In this document: piece after piece, positions 51,272 to 63,412 of the stretch
Layout of the letters: each line of letters begins with the position of its first letter
Numbering within the stretch: position 1 is the stretch's first letter
Assembly: GCA_021613535.1 (NCBI GenBank)
Contig: CP075492.1
Coordinates: forward strand, 2,480,001 to 2,544,000
Direction: 5' to 3'
Source: Adineta vaga
Lineage: Eukaryota > Animalia > Rotifera
DNA: 64,000 nucleotides
Notes under the pieces: generated by a model
Database searches by the model: none
What the model was told of the DNA's origin: nothing
Seen by the model: only the letters and a program-made list of their open reading frames with translations
Made by a program: the position numbers and the translations under genes

Positions 51272-52898
51272 TCAATACAGTTCAGTACTGTTCAATCCTG
51301 ACCCACCAGTAATCAATATTTTTCCATTTGATAGTGCAGATGCTGTATGATCATTTCGTACAAAACTCATATTTGTAGTGCTTGTCCAAGTGCCTGTTGA
51401 TGGATCATACAGTTCAACACTGTTTAGGATGGAAATATCGTTCCGTCCACCTGTAACTAATACTTTTCCATTCCATAATACCGATGCTGTATGTTGATAT
51501 CGTGCAAAACTCATATTACCGGTGATTGTCCAAGTACCTGCAGATGAATCATATAGTTCAGCACTATTCAAAGTGCCACCACCCCATCCACCGGTAACTA
51601 ATACTTTCCCATTCGATAATACCGATGCTGTATGACCATATCGTGCAGAACTCATATTACCCGTGATTGTCCAAGAGTCTGTCGATCGATCAAATAATTC
51701 AGCACTATTCAAATAGGTCCCATCATCTCCGCCAGCAACTAAAACTTTTCCATTTAGCAATACCGATGCTGTGTGATAATGTCGACCAAAATTCATATTT
51801 GTAGTGCTTGTCCAAGTTCCTGCTGATGGATCGTACAATTCAGTAATATTTATATAAGCGATACCATCGAATCCACCAGTAATTAATACTTTGCCATTTG
51901 ATAATACCGATGCTGTATGAAGATATCGTCCAAAACTCATATTCGCGATCGTTGTCCAAGTGTCTATTGATGGATCATACAATTCACCACTATTTATGCC
52001 AACAATACTATAACGTCCACCAGTGACTAATACTCTTCCATCTGATAATAGAGATGCAGTGTGATAATATCGTGTAGAATTCATATTTCTGACGATTGTC
52101 CAAGTACCTATCGATGGATCATATAATTCGGCACTATTCAATCCGCCATTATCATATCCACCGGTAACTAATACTTTTCCATTGGACAATGTGGTCGCTC
52201 TATGCTCTCGCCGAGCCACATTCATATTTCCTGTTATTGTCCATCCTTAAAAAAATTGATCGACACAATAATGATAAACATTTCTTTATAAAATTACTTG
52301 AAATGATACTTAAGCCGAAATAATAAAACTATATAGGTTATAAATGACTAAGCCTTTTCAATAGTTTCATTTCTCTCGATTAAAAATATCTCAGAGTTGA
52401 TGGATATGTAGATAAGTTTTTCATCCTTACCTCTTTTACAATAATTTGTAACGGATAAAGGTAAACATACAGCTGATGGTGAACAACATGAATTAACAAT
52501 ACATATGGAATTATTTGATGCACAACTATATGTCACATTATCACATAATTCTAATATTGAACATTGAATTGCAGGAGCACAATAACTAAGACTGTTGTTC
52601 ACTGTTTGATAATTAAAACAAGGTGTTGGTGATAAAGAACAAGTCTGATTATCAAGTGATGTGCCATTACATTGTTGTAAAGAACAATTTAGTGTTGGAT
52701 TTGATGCGGAATGATTTGATGTTGATAAGGTGAATTGGATACTAATATTATTTTCTTGACAAAAATAATTAGATGATTGAATAGTAAGAGCTGAAAAACA
52801 GATTTCAATTATGAAAAAAAACTAATAGTATACAAGTTTTTGTAACCTTTTAGAGATAGAAGAATGAAAATAAGAATGGGAAATGTAATCAATGGCAT
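51272..52898 (-). CDS. Secreted Cys-rich + Kelch-repeat (galactose oxidase-like propeller) protein (3 exons)
   Basis: ATG at 52898 with signal peptide; Cys-rich exon ~52790-52431; last exon has about 7 repeats of ARxxHTASVLSNGKVLVTGG..SAELYDPS.GTW. Confidence 0.88.
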
Positions 52899-53787
52899 AG
52901 TTTTTTATGAAATGAAAGACAATTGCTTTGCGAATTTTAAGAACATAGAATTGTTTCTTTTATTATTTTGTAATCGAATAGTAAGGAGAAAAAGAACACT
53001 TTATTTCGTCCAAAATCGATCACATTCGTTCTTTTCTTACCTTTTATAAAATGAAAATCACAAATTTTTTTTATGAATTATGCTGGTTGTTGGATTCTGT
53101 TTAATTGACAATAGTAAAAGAAAATATTTGTGTTTCATGATTTGAATTTTGGACGCGAGCATAACATATTCTTTTCTTTCGCACAATGTTACATTTCGAA
53201 GTAACCAATGAAACGAAAAATTAAACATTTAATAAATTACTTGTCTGTGAAATATTTGTTTCATTAATATACTAACATTTTCAAACTTTCGTCGTAATTA
53301 CATTTGTATATGCTGTATAAAGACCAAATCGATTATGTAACATTCCAACATCATGAAATTTTGATGATAATGAACTAAATTATTTAAAAAAAGCTCATTT
53401 TTATATCTATATGCATCTTATGAAAGTCTTACGTTGAAGTTAATACACCTAATAACAAAGAAAAACCATCATTTATATTAACTTTCTAATTGTTAATTGA
53501 TTTATGGCGATAAAAAATTGAATAATTACCAAGTTTGATTTCGTAAAACATAATTACTTGCAGATAAACATTGTTTACGAGTTATATTTGATAAAATATG
53601 ATGGACCAATAACATTCAAGGAATAGTTTCATAATAGAATCATTTTCTCGTTTTCTATAATAATAATGATCAGAATACAATACATTCTATTTCTTTCTTT
53701 TTGAGTCACGGATGATGTCATGTACTTTTTGATTATCTGATGCAATATGAATGTCAATGAAGAAATAAAGTGTTATGAAGAATATTC

Positions 53788-53859
53788 GGGGACATGGCTT
53801 AATGGTAGAGCATTCGACTGCAGATCGACCGATTCCCGGTTCGATTCCGGGTGTCCCCT
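53788..53859 (+). tRNA. trnC-GCA: tRNA-Cys(GCA)
   Basis: Acceptor stem GGGGACA/TGTCCCC; D arm with TGGTAGAGC; anticodon arm TTCGA-CTGCAGA-TCGAC (one mismatch); T arm CCCGG-TTCGATT-CCGGG; followed by an oligo-T Pol III terminator. Confidence 0.9.
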
Positions 53860-53920
53860 TTTTTCTAGCTTTTTTTCTTTATTGTTAATGAAGAATATGT
53901 ATATTCAGTTTGTACTACAA

Positions 53921-53999
53921 TATAAGGATGAGAAGGGTGGGTGTGGGTGTTATCATTTTCTGTCTGAGGAGACACTCACACCCACCCATCCATCATATA
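53921..53999. repeat. Telomere-like palindromic element, copy 14
   Basis: tataaggatg..gggtgggtgtgggtgtt...gaggagacactcacacccacccatccatcatata. Confidence 0.85.
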
Positions 54000-54803
54000 A
54001 AGACTCTTTAGATTTAAAATCAATTGAACAAAGTCAAATATTTTAACATGGATCAAATGCAAATCGAATAAGATATTTTGAATTTGTTGAATCCTGTTCA
54101 TTGGATCAATAAGATACATTTTTAAAACTTTTTCCACGATTAGAATCAATGAGAACAAAAACAGAACGAAGAAGAATATTTCCAGATTATTCTTAACTTA
54201 TATTACAAATATTCCGTAAGTTTGTTTAAAATTCAATTAGAACATCAATAGTTCGACAGTTTTCTGTTTATCTATCTGACTCAATATGAAATGAACTAAT
54301 TCAATTTCAAAACAATATAATATTCCTTGAAATTAAATTAAATATCAAAAGAACGTTCTTAATCCACACTTTTATATAGACTCTGATGAATATTCACAAT
54401 TTCTACGCAAAAGAAAATGCGACATTTAGAAACACATATTTTATCAATTGCAAAACATATCTTTCACGCTTGTCTATTAGAATATGACAGATTGAAAAAA
54501 ATTCTTGAAACGTTGATGAAAATAAATTCTTTTTTTTCAATTTGATGTATAATCATTTATTAAAAGGATATTATAAATATTTCAATGCTGAGATCTTCAC
54601 TTTTTTATTGGTGAAATTTATTGAATAACAACTCTTCAGATCGCATAATTGTCAAATTTTGATAAGAATTTCTTTTTTTATCATATAATAAAATATTAAT
54701 ACTTTTTTTTTATTTTGATGCGTTATGACCTAAGCAGATGAGTATAAAAACGCATGATGTTTTAGTCTTTTTCTTATTTAATTGAGTTATACTGGAATTT
54801 CAA

Positions 54804-55757
54804 ATGGGAAATTTTCCTTCTCAACAATCGAATATTCCATATTTTTGGCCAAAATTTGAATTTTCATTATTTTTAATTGGTATCATTCTTTCTATTCCTT
54901 GTTATTTATTTGTATTTTATCATCTTTTAACTGAAAAAACAGCTCGACAAAGTCTTCATAATCATGCAATTTTATTATTATTATTTTATAATTTTCTCAT
55001 TGTTATATTTGATTTACCAATGACGTTAAGTTTTAATCGTTTTGGTTATGTTTCACCATTTAATGAAATTATTTGTCTCATTTGGCAATTTATCGATAAT
55101 GGTCTATGGTATGGTACACTTTCATTAATGTTTTGGGCATCATTTCAACGGCATATTCTTGTATTTCATACAAAATTAATTTCAACTACACGTCGACGTT
55201 TATTTGTTCATTATATTCCATTAATATTCTTTTCTCTTTATACACCAATAATTTATGTTTATTTAGTTTTCATTCAATCATGTGGAAAAATTTATACTGA
55301 AACAGCAATTCTTTGTGGTGGAATATGTTTATATATAAATGCTCCTGTTTGGTTACAATTATATGATTCATATATTAATTATATATTACCTATTCTTTTA
55401 ATTCCTCTTTGTAGTATAACACTTTTATGTCGATTTGTCAAACAAAAACAACGTTTACAACAAAATGTTACATGGCGTCAATGTCGAAAAATGATCATTC
55501 AAATAACATTGATATCAGCAGTTTATATGATTTTTGATCTTCCTGCTGTTATTGTTTTTGTTGTGCAAGTATCTGGTCATCCAACATTTGGAAATGATAT
55601 TTGGTTTCCATATTTAGCACGTATGACATTAGTTCCTTCAATAATGATACCATTTGTTACGCTATTAGCATTACCTAAATTAAAAATGAAGCTTGGCAAC
55701 TTATGCTTTTGGAAGCACAATCAACGAGCTGTTTTTCCAGGAAGTACAACATATTAA
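54804..55757 (+). CDS. Rhodopsin-like 7TM GPCR
   Basis: Intronless 317 aa; ICLIWQFID, WASFQRHILVFH, FDLP; TATAAAA near 54743. Confidence 0.88.
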   Translation: MGNFPSQQSNIPYFWPKFEFSLFLIGIILSIPCYLFVFYHLLTEKTARQSLHNHAILLLLFYNFLIVIFDLPMTLSFNRFGYVSPFNEIICLIWQFIDNGLWYGTLSLMFWASFQRHILVFHTKLISTTRRRLFVHYIPLIFFSLYTPIIYVYLVFIQSCGKIYTETAILCGGICLYINAPVWLQLYDSYINYILPILLIPLCSITLLCRFVKQKQRLQQNVTWRQCRKMIIQITLISAVYMIFDLPAVIVFVVQVSGHPTFGNDIWFPYLARMTLVPSIMIPFVTLLALPKLKMKLGNLCFWKHNQRAVFPGSTTY

Positions 55758-55869
55758 GAATTATATATTTTGATGTTGTTTCAGTTTTGTATTTATTTCA
55801 AATCATCTTGTAGAGGGTGAGCGTGAGAGTTTGAATAAAGATTAAATAGTTATAAATTCTTTTTAATGT

Positions 55870-56528
55870 CATTAATACGCATATCGCTTTGATGAATATT
55901 TAGACCAGATTCATTACGTTTTTACGACTTTTGATCACAATCGAATTCCAAAGATTCTTTTGATGAGCATATTTAGACTCAAGTATAGCTATAGCAATTA
56001 CCGTTGTTATAAGTTGTTTATCTATAGTGACAGGAGATGTAAGTACACTTCAGTGATTTACCATTGGTTAATTTTATAACAGCATTGTTTGATGAGAAAC
56101 CAGGTGAATATTGAAAATGATGCACTCTCATATCAATTGGACCATATCTATGAATATACGATAGATTAGGAAATTAAATATTTAATAATAAATATGCTCA
56201 CCTGTTTAGTCCAAGGCCATATGATAATTGACTTTAGAAGAATATTGACTACTAAATAAATATTCGTCACCTTTCGATATTTGAATAGGTACACAACGAA
56301 CGTTAGACTGTGTATTGTTATTCTCGAGAGCACTCGTTTCTATACCAACAAAAGCTGTAAAGAGTGATAAAATTTGATGATTTAATGATAATGTTGTAAT
56401 ACGTTGTTCAACTGTTGAATTCTCTCTATGATATTGAAAAAGAAAATAGATCAACACAACAAACTAACTAATATTACTTTTCACTTTTTATACTATGTTT
56501 TCCGTGTTGTAATTCTTGTATTAAAGCT
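55870..56528 (-). pseudogene. VWA5A (VIT-VWA family) C-terminal fragment
   Basis: KALIQELQH..., ITTLSLNHQILSLFTAFVGIE, VPIQISKG and ..TTVIAIAIL. The whole 5' part is absent; left boundary approximate. Confidence 0.65.
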
Positions 56529-56600
56529 TTAGGGTGGGTGTGGGTGTATCTTCTTCTTTCGCATCTACAACCTCACCCACACCCACGCCCACACCCTCAA
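56529..56600. repeat. Telomere-like palindromic element, copy 15
   Basis: ttagggtgggtgtgggtgta...cctcacccacacccacgcccacaCCCTCAA. Confidence 0.88.
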
Positions 56601-56824
56601 TTCATCAATGAATTTGGTGATTGATGTCACTTATTCTTATAATACTGGAAGTTATTCGGATATTGGGAATGTCAATCATTTTGAAATTAAAGTAACTGGT
56701 TACATTATTTGAAGGGTATCTTTATGGCTTTTTATCAGAACAAAATATAGTTTAACTATTCTTTTCATGACTATATTGTTTTAATAATCATTTTGGTTCT
56801 TTTCTAACTTTCATTTTTCTATAC

Positions 56825-56935
56825 GAAAGATTTTCTACTATTGCTCATCGTTTGAATATAGTTGCAAAATGTGATTATATTCTTGTATGACATAATAGAA
56901 CTATTCGAGATTTCGATACAGTTACAAATATTTTA
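56825..56935 (+). pseudogene. ABCC-type transporter C-terminal relic
   Basis: TIAHRLNIVAKCDYILV*HNRTIRDFDT matches the H-loop tail of ABCC NBD2; contains an in-frame stop. Confidence 0.6.
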
Positions 56936-58229
56936 AATAAAATAAAATAATTTAATATAAATAAAAAATGTCCATTTTTTTGTTACAAAGAAATTAAAAG
57001 TCCCATTTAAGGGTATTGTGTTGTGACTGATGCCAAACTTAATCAACAGCAATATAGATAGAATATAAGTACAATTGAATTGATGAAAAGTATATCATAA
57101 ACGATAATCGTTTTGTCAATAAAACGATTTCAGGCATTCACTATGATGGTTTGGTACGCTTTGCCGACGCTGATGTTTTCCAAAAACTTCTTTCCTGATT
57201 AAAACCAATCAATGTCTTAGCCCACTAAATCAAGCCGTTCGTAACGCACAACAAAAAGACAACAGTGAATAGACTCTCTTGAACAGATTATGAATACATA
57301 AATAAGAAAAGACAAAGAACCCAGTAATATGATAATGAATGACAAAGGTATAAATAACTGAATCTTTTCGGTAATCTAATTAACACTTATCCGAAAAAGA
57401 ACTGCTACAAATAGGCTTGTTCACATACATCTATTTATTGTTTGATATTATTCAACTTTAATCATTAAATCAATTGGAAAAAAGGAAAAATCTGTATTTA
57501 CCTTTGAAGTATAACGAACTCTTTCAATATTTACTTTTTCCGAAGAAAGTGAATTAATTTGGTAAAAACCAATCTGTTCCAATTTTGGCAAAATTGAATA
57601 TTTTTCATATTTGAAATGATATCTATTTATTAATTTAAAAAAACTGCTGATCTATGCTGAATATCTATCTTTAATTGTAATTATTTACATTCTGAATAAA
57701 ATATAATGAGAATCAACAAAAATACGATATAACATATTCTATAAGTTACACTCGCAAAATACAAATAAAAAATAATAAATCACTATGCGATTAACTTTGT
57801 TAAAAAACTATCCCATTGAAACAATATTAAAAGTTATTATACGGAGAAAACGTGAACTTTTATTTTGAAAATGATTGGTTTAGGTGAAAAACACGAAACT
57901 TGTATTTCTGTTATAGATTATCGAAGAAATTTTCGATTTTATATAGTAAAAGATGATGATTATTTTAAAAAGTAATATCGATCTTCTTTATTCTCAAATA
58001 CACCCACATATTTCAGTGAATTTAGTTAAAAATCCAAATATATGAAAGTTGATTGTGCAATTACCTGTTATTACACAATAGCAGCGTACGATTGTGACAT
58101 TACTTTTCGTAGCAACAACCACGTCAATTCTGCACTATATAAATACTCATTTTTTTCTTCATTGCTATAGAACTCTTTTTATAAATAGATTTTCTAGACT
58201 ATTTTATCAATTCATTATATTATTATATC

Positions 58230-59216
58230 ATGGTTGCGATAACTCGAGCCACATTAGCACGACAACTACAACCATCAAATATCAAAACGGTTAAATCACG
58301 TGCTATAAGAAAAAAAGTTAACAAACAAAAGAAGAGAACAGTTAGAAAACAAACAGCACCATCATCTTCATCATCTAATGTCATTACCAATAATACAACT
58401 ATTTCTGTACCATCACAAGCATACAATGATGTTTTAGGCAAAAGTAACATTACTGATGCTTTGGCATATGATTGTCATTGGAATCCAGTTGGAAGAGAAT
58501 ATGATCTTGGAAGAGATGGAGCATTTATGGGATTTAGTATTCTCATTGCACAATTCTACGCTGATTGTCAATTCAATGATACTGCAATGCAAAAACCAAT
58601 TGATGAATTGAAAATGAAAGGTTTTCAAGTGAAACATGTGAAAACGGAATATGAATGTATCAAAGAACTTGCATCAAATCAATATCAAGTTGCATGGATT
58701 ATTAGTAATAGTTCCATTCAAAATGCAAATTTTGTTCCATCTCTAACAGCATTTCATTCCAATGGTGGTGCAATATTTCTCTTTGCTGATAATACACCAT
58801 ACGTTAGTCATGCCAATGAATTTCTTGGTAAAAAATTTGGTGTTACTGTGGAAGGAAATTATTGGGGTGGAAATACAATGACTTATGAAGAAACTGGTCA
58901 TCGACAGAAAGGACATTTTGGTCAACATGATATCTTTACTGGAATCAAAAATTTATTTGAAGGTATCACTATCTGTCATCCAGTGTATTCAACTGCAGCA
59001 AGTCGTAAAGTATTTGTTCCTATTGCAACAGCTACGGACGGTGAAACCAGTATTGCTATATATGATCCACCATCAAGTTCAACATCAAATGAAGGACGAT
59101 TATGTTTAGATTGTGGATTCACAAAATTATATATTAATTGGGATTCAGCAGGAACAGCTCGATATATTGTGAATGCAAGTTGTTGGCTTCTACGAATCGA
59201 AAATCGTTTTACATAA
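58230..59216 (+). CDS. Uncharacterised protein: basic N-terminus plus a possible class I glutamine-amidotransferase-like fold
   Basis: Intronless 328 aa; FHSNGGAIFLFADNTPY, LFEGITIC, GRLCLDCGFTKLY..GTARYIVN; TATATAAA near 58137. Fold call is tentative. Confidence 0.75.
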   Translation: MVAITRATLARQLQPSNIKTVKSRAIRKKVNKQKKRTVRKQTAPSSSSSNVITNNTTISVPSQAYNDVLGKSNITDALAYDCHWNPVGREYDLGRDGAFMGFSILIAQFYADCQFNDTAMQKPIDELKMKGFQVKHVKTEYECIKELASNQYQVAWIISNSSIQNANFVPSLTAFHSNGGAIFLFADNTPYVSHANEFLGKKFGVTVEGNYWGGNTMTYEETGHRQKGHFGQHDIFTGIKNLFEGITICHPVYSTAASRKVFVPIATATDGETSIAIYDPPSSSTSNEGRLCLDCGFTKLYINWDSAGTARYIVNASCWLLRIENRFT

Positions 59217-60488
59217 ATATGATAAAAACTTTTCTAAAAAATGAGTATATATATATCTAGATTATCTATCTCAAATTTTTAACGACTTGTGTACTTTAAA
59301 TACATCAGAAAAAAGAACTTATTTATTGAAATCTTTTTATGTCAATGAATTGTAATGTAATATACAGATAAAGTTTAGTCGAACGATAAACCACCACAAC
59401 GATAACTCTTCAAAAATATAAGCGATTGGGTGGAAATTTTTGTTCACAGGATTATCTCATCAATTTCTCTGTCGAGTTCGAAGATGACGTTAATCGGTCA
59501 AGAAATGCTTGAGTTATCGTGAAAATTTGTAATAACTGACCAGACCATTGCTGAGGGGGAGTACAGGAATTTTTTTACAATATACATTTGTCTAGTCAGT
59601 TTTACGACGCATACCGTTGGGTTCTTATATGCTATACTATGAGAGCATCGTTGAGTCCTGATATTTTTCTTCTAGTTCTGTTTAATTATCTTAAAGTTTT
59701 CAAATAATTTGAAAAGAATACAAAGAAAATCCAAATGAATATTCATATTAAATATCATCTAGATTGATTCAGTTTTCTTCGTTCTATAGAGAAACAAGAA
59801 TGTGAATATCATCTATGAATAGATCGGTTTTAAGGATTTTGATAAAATTGTTTATTTATCGAATATTTAATTGAATGATGATCTATGAAATCTCCGAAAG
59901 ACAATGTTTATTTTGTTTTGCATTGAAATCCAACTCCAAAAACTTTTTGACATTAAACTTCGTCGACCAATCACTGTCAAAATGGGCGATTTCTAACTCA
60001 CCACGAGGCAATAACTGCATCCATGCATAAATTCTATCACTATTCTCACAATCATAGCGTTTTTTATATCAGGTAAACAATATCTTCGTTAAATTGCCTT
60101 TTTCTATGCTGCAACATCTTTGAATATAAAGTATAAGTTAATAAACAGAATTCTAGTGGCATATTGAATGTCAGCATCTTAACATGATACCAACTATAGT
60201 CAAAAAAGAACTGCCTTTCCTGATTAACTTCTTAAACTTAGCAAAAACAAATTCTGATCGTTTTCTAATTTTCAAGTTTTTGATCCGGTCACCCAACGAA
60301 TAGAGGTTGGACAGGTGAACGACTGTTATATTTATCTAATTCTCGTTGCGACCAATAACAATACATGATCTTTTCCTTCACTGTTTCTAACGATAGCAAC
60401 TGAATAATGAACTGTAAATATAGATACCGATTCTGACAAACCATAATCTATGCAATGGAATTTGAAACAGTATTAGTGTTTCTATAGT

Positions 60489-61866
60489 TTAATATTCTAT
60501 GAAAATATCTAATAAAATAGTATACATTGAAACCACCGCTACAGGTAGTGGAAGACCAGGCAGATTACCCTGATCACAAAGAGGACCGAGTCGAAAAGTA
60601 ATCTGAAAGGCAATTTGCACGATGATGATGTACCCAATAGTTACCAATACTTTTGTTATCATCGATGACAAAAGAGGTAATATTAATAAAAGCATCAGAT
60701 TGTAGATATAAAAATCGCCATGTCCCACTGATTTTTCTTCCCTGTCATCGAGATCCCAAGTGACATAAACACCGAGAGGAATTTGAAGGTTAGTTTGTAA
60801 GACGTTCTTCAACTGAATTTCTGTTGTAGAAACGACCGCTTGGATGTAAACACACAAAACTATTTATAAAGAAAAATATTATTCATCCTTTCCAAAGATT
60901 CTCTCGTCTTCTTTTATCAAGAATAGTTTTGATCAAATCATCGTTTCTTTTGATAATTTAACCTTTTTCTCTATATTATTATCTTTGCTCTGTTGACACT
61001 ATTAAACTATAGAGAATTGTCGCTTTCTCAGGATAGTACATATGCTTTTTTACATATAAAAATCCTGTTTCTCTCACTCTATTCCTGTATCATTAGCCTG
61101 TTTTTTGATTCTTTATGCTGAACGGAATTTTGTTTTGCTCAATTGTCCTGCTCTGGAACTTTATGATGAGACAGCACAAATATCGACTGCACGCGAATAA
61201 GGCAAAAAGTTTATGTTTACTATCTGGCAAGAATTTTATTTACTTACATATCTGCAAAGGATACCATCCAGAAAAAGATAAAACTGACTTGTGTTGATAA
61301 GTATCGGCAAATGGTATCATAAGCAGTAAATGCCCCCAATGCTAATATCACAATTGTCGATCCTCGATTAAAAGCAGGCGAGCATACAGCAATTTGTTTT
61401 AATTCCCATTTTGTAATAACAAACATTACTTGCCAAATAAGAAAATATACACTGACTACATCGATTTTATAGCAGCAGTCGACACCATCCAATAGGCGAG
61501 CAATAAGCCAACCACAGATTAATGTAGCTATTATAGGACGAATATAACGATTTTTATTTTGTAAACCAAAGCAAGCCAACTGCGACATATGCACAACGAA
61601 AATTGGAAGTAATATAGGAATATTGTATTTATCTTCATTAACTAAAGTGATAGAATGTAAGACAACATGTTTCTTTTACCTATGAACATACTTTTCTCTC
61701 TATTCCACCAACAGCGCGTGTACAAAACTTGATCACGTGTTCGGTCAATTAAGATGTTTTGAACTAAAGATTCACTTTCTTTTGTTTCTGTTAGAGTACA
61801 ATATAACACAAACGTCAGAATCATACTCAACGTAGTGGCTATTGTTATGTGCATACTACTATCCAT
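60489..61866 (-). pseudogene. Divergent presenilin-like GxGD aspartyl protease, probably decayed
   Basis: ICRYLSTQVSFIFFWMVSFAD aligns with presenilin TM6; SVGHGDFYIY (TM7 GxGD); LPGLP (PAL motif). Intron 61679-61642 is intact, but no open splice path was found through 61250-60860. Confidence 0.65.
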
Positions 61867-62624
61867 TCTGCAGATTCGTTCCAGTAGAAAGTCAAAAAGA
61901 AATCGTTGTAATATCTCGTTTATTTATAATAATGGAATAAGCCCTATCTCTTAATCGGTTTTCTTTATATAAACGACGCTAGCTATTTTTTCTTCAATGA
62001 GTATACAATATGTATTAGAAGAGAAAGAGGTCAACCGATCAGACTAAGGCCACAAACACGCTAAAACAATTCAAATCGAGTTAACCAATAGAATTCGTAG
62101 AAACGTTAATAATAAAGAATATGTAATTGAAATGTCTGATAATGGTATTCCATTTTCATTTGTAGAAAATAAGGAATTAAATCAATGGCCTATTAATTTA
62201 AATGTTGTGTTAGATAATACAAAAGTTCGATTACAAAGATTCATTGATGAAGTATTAACTAAGAAATTACATGGTGGTTCTCTCGATGAATCACTTTTCC
62301 GTTTAAAAAAAGTGTTAATGACCAAATAACACATGATCAAATAAATATACGTTTTTCTGGTGAACGACTCATTCAACTTCATAATATACTTAATAATAAT
62401 AAATTTACTATTCATGATGTCATGACTGCGCATATAATTGTTACATAGAATAATCAATAAGTTCTCGTAATAACCACTTAAAATTTTATCTTGATTAGTT
62501 TTATCTTGCATGTTGTTCTTTTCTAGTAGCAACATATATTGTGTATTGAAATGCCAAGACAATGTTTCGAAAGCCTTCAAGTAGGACAAGCCGTAATGAA
62601 ATATTTTCATACCTCTATTTTAGC

Positions 62625-62915
62625 ATGGATAAATTGTAAATCAGTCCTATATAAAAACTCATTTGTTATTAACTTGAACTACTACAGAAATTCATGACGG
62701 ATTAGCTACTGTTTGCGGATAAGATGTTGCTTCATATAGTATATTAACTCCTCGAATTCATAGATTTTCAAATGAGCAGGAGTCGTTGAAAGATCATCTT
62801 GGAATTGACTATTCAATAAACACCATCATTGAACAAAATATTCATCCTGTTAACGACTTGGAGATAGATAATCTGCCTATCACTAATGGTATACTGTCAC
62901 CATCGCAGACCTTGT
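62625..62915 (+). mobile_element. Mariner/Tc1 transposase N-terminal relic
   Basis: SYIKTHLLLT*TTTEIHDGLATVCG*DVASYS..IHRFSNEQESLKD..NIHPVNDL matches the mariner HTH region; internal stops; no TIR identified. Confidence 0.6.
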
Positions 62916-63412
62916 AAGTAAATGTGTTACCAGCGTGAATGCTCAAAACGTTTCGTTAATAATTTACACAAGAAAATTTCATCCTCGAAAAACATAGTAC
63001 AAAATATGCATTTTTAAAATGCAGAAAAGTGTGTGCATGACATTATTTCTGATCTTGATTATCCTTACAAAGAAAATTCAAACTTTTCATTTATTTGTCA
63101 TAGAAGTTAATAACCACGCAACTCAATTCCATACGTGTTCAAGAATACCAAACGGCAATCTAGAAGTGGATTCAAACGATGAAACTTTCTATAGAACATC
63201 GTGGAGACTACTTCAAATATTTATGCTATAAAAAGACTAGCAAAATGTTTTTTCTATGAATAAATATTTAAAATTCCGAGAACTTATTGACTGCCCTATG
63301 TAAATGAAATAAATATATATTCTCGTAAATACACAACAACAACTATTAAAATTGAATTGAAAAAAAAAAGTGAAATATAAAAATACGTTCGATAGTAACG
63401 AGTGTTTTTCTT

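Noticed and set aside
3435-56600. Palindromes as a CRISPR array or as true telomeres
   Set aside because: They are dispersed inverted arms, not tandem direct repeats; there are no cas genes; each has only a few hexamers and is internal.
62132-62610. Two overlapping short ORFs on opposite strands
   Set aside because: No recognisable motifs or splice context.
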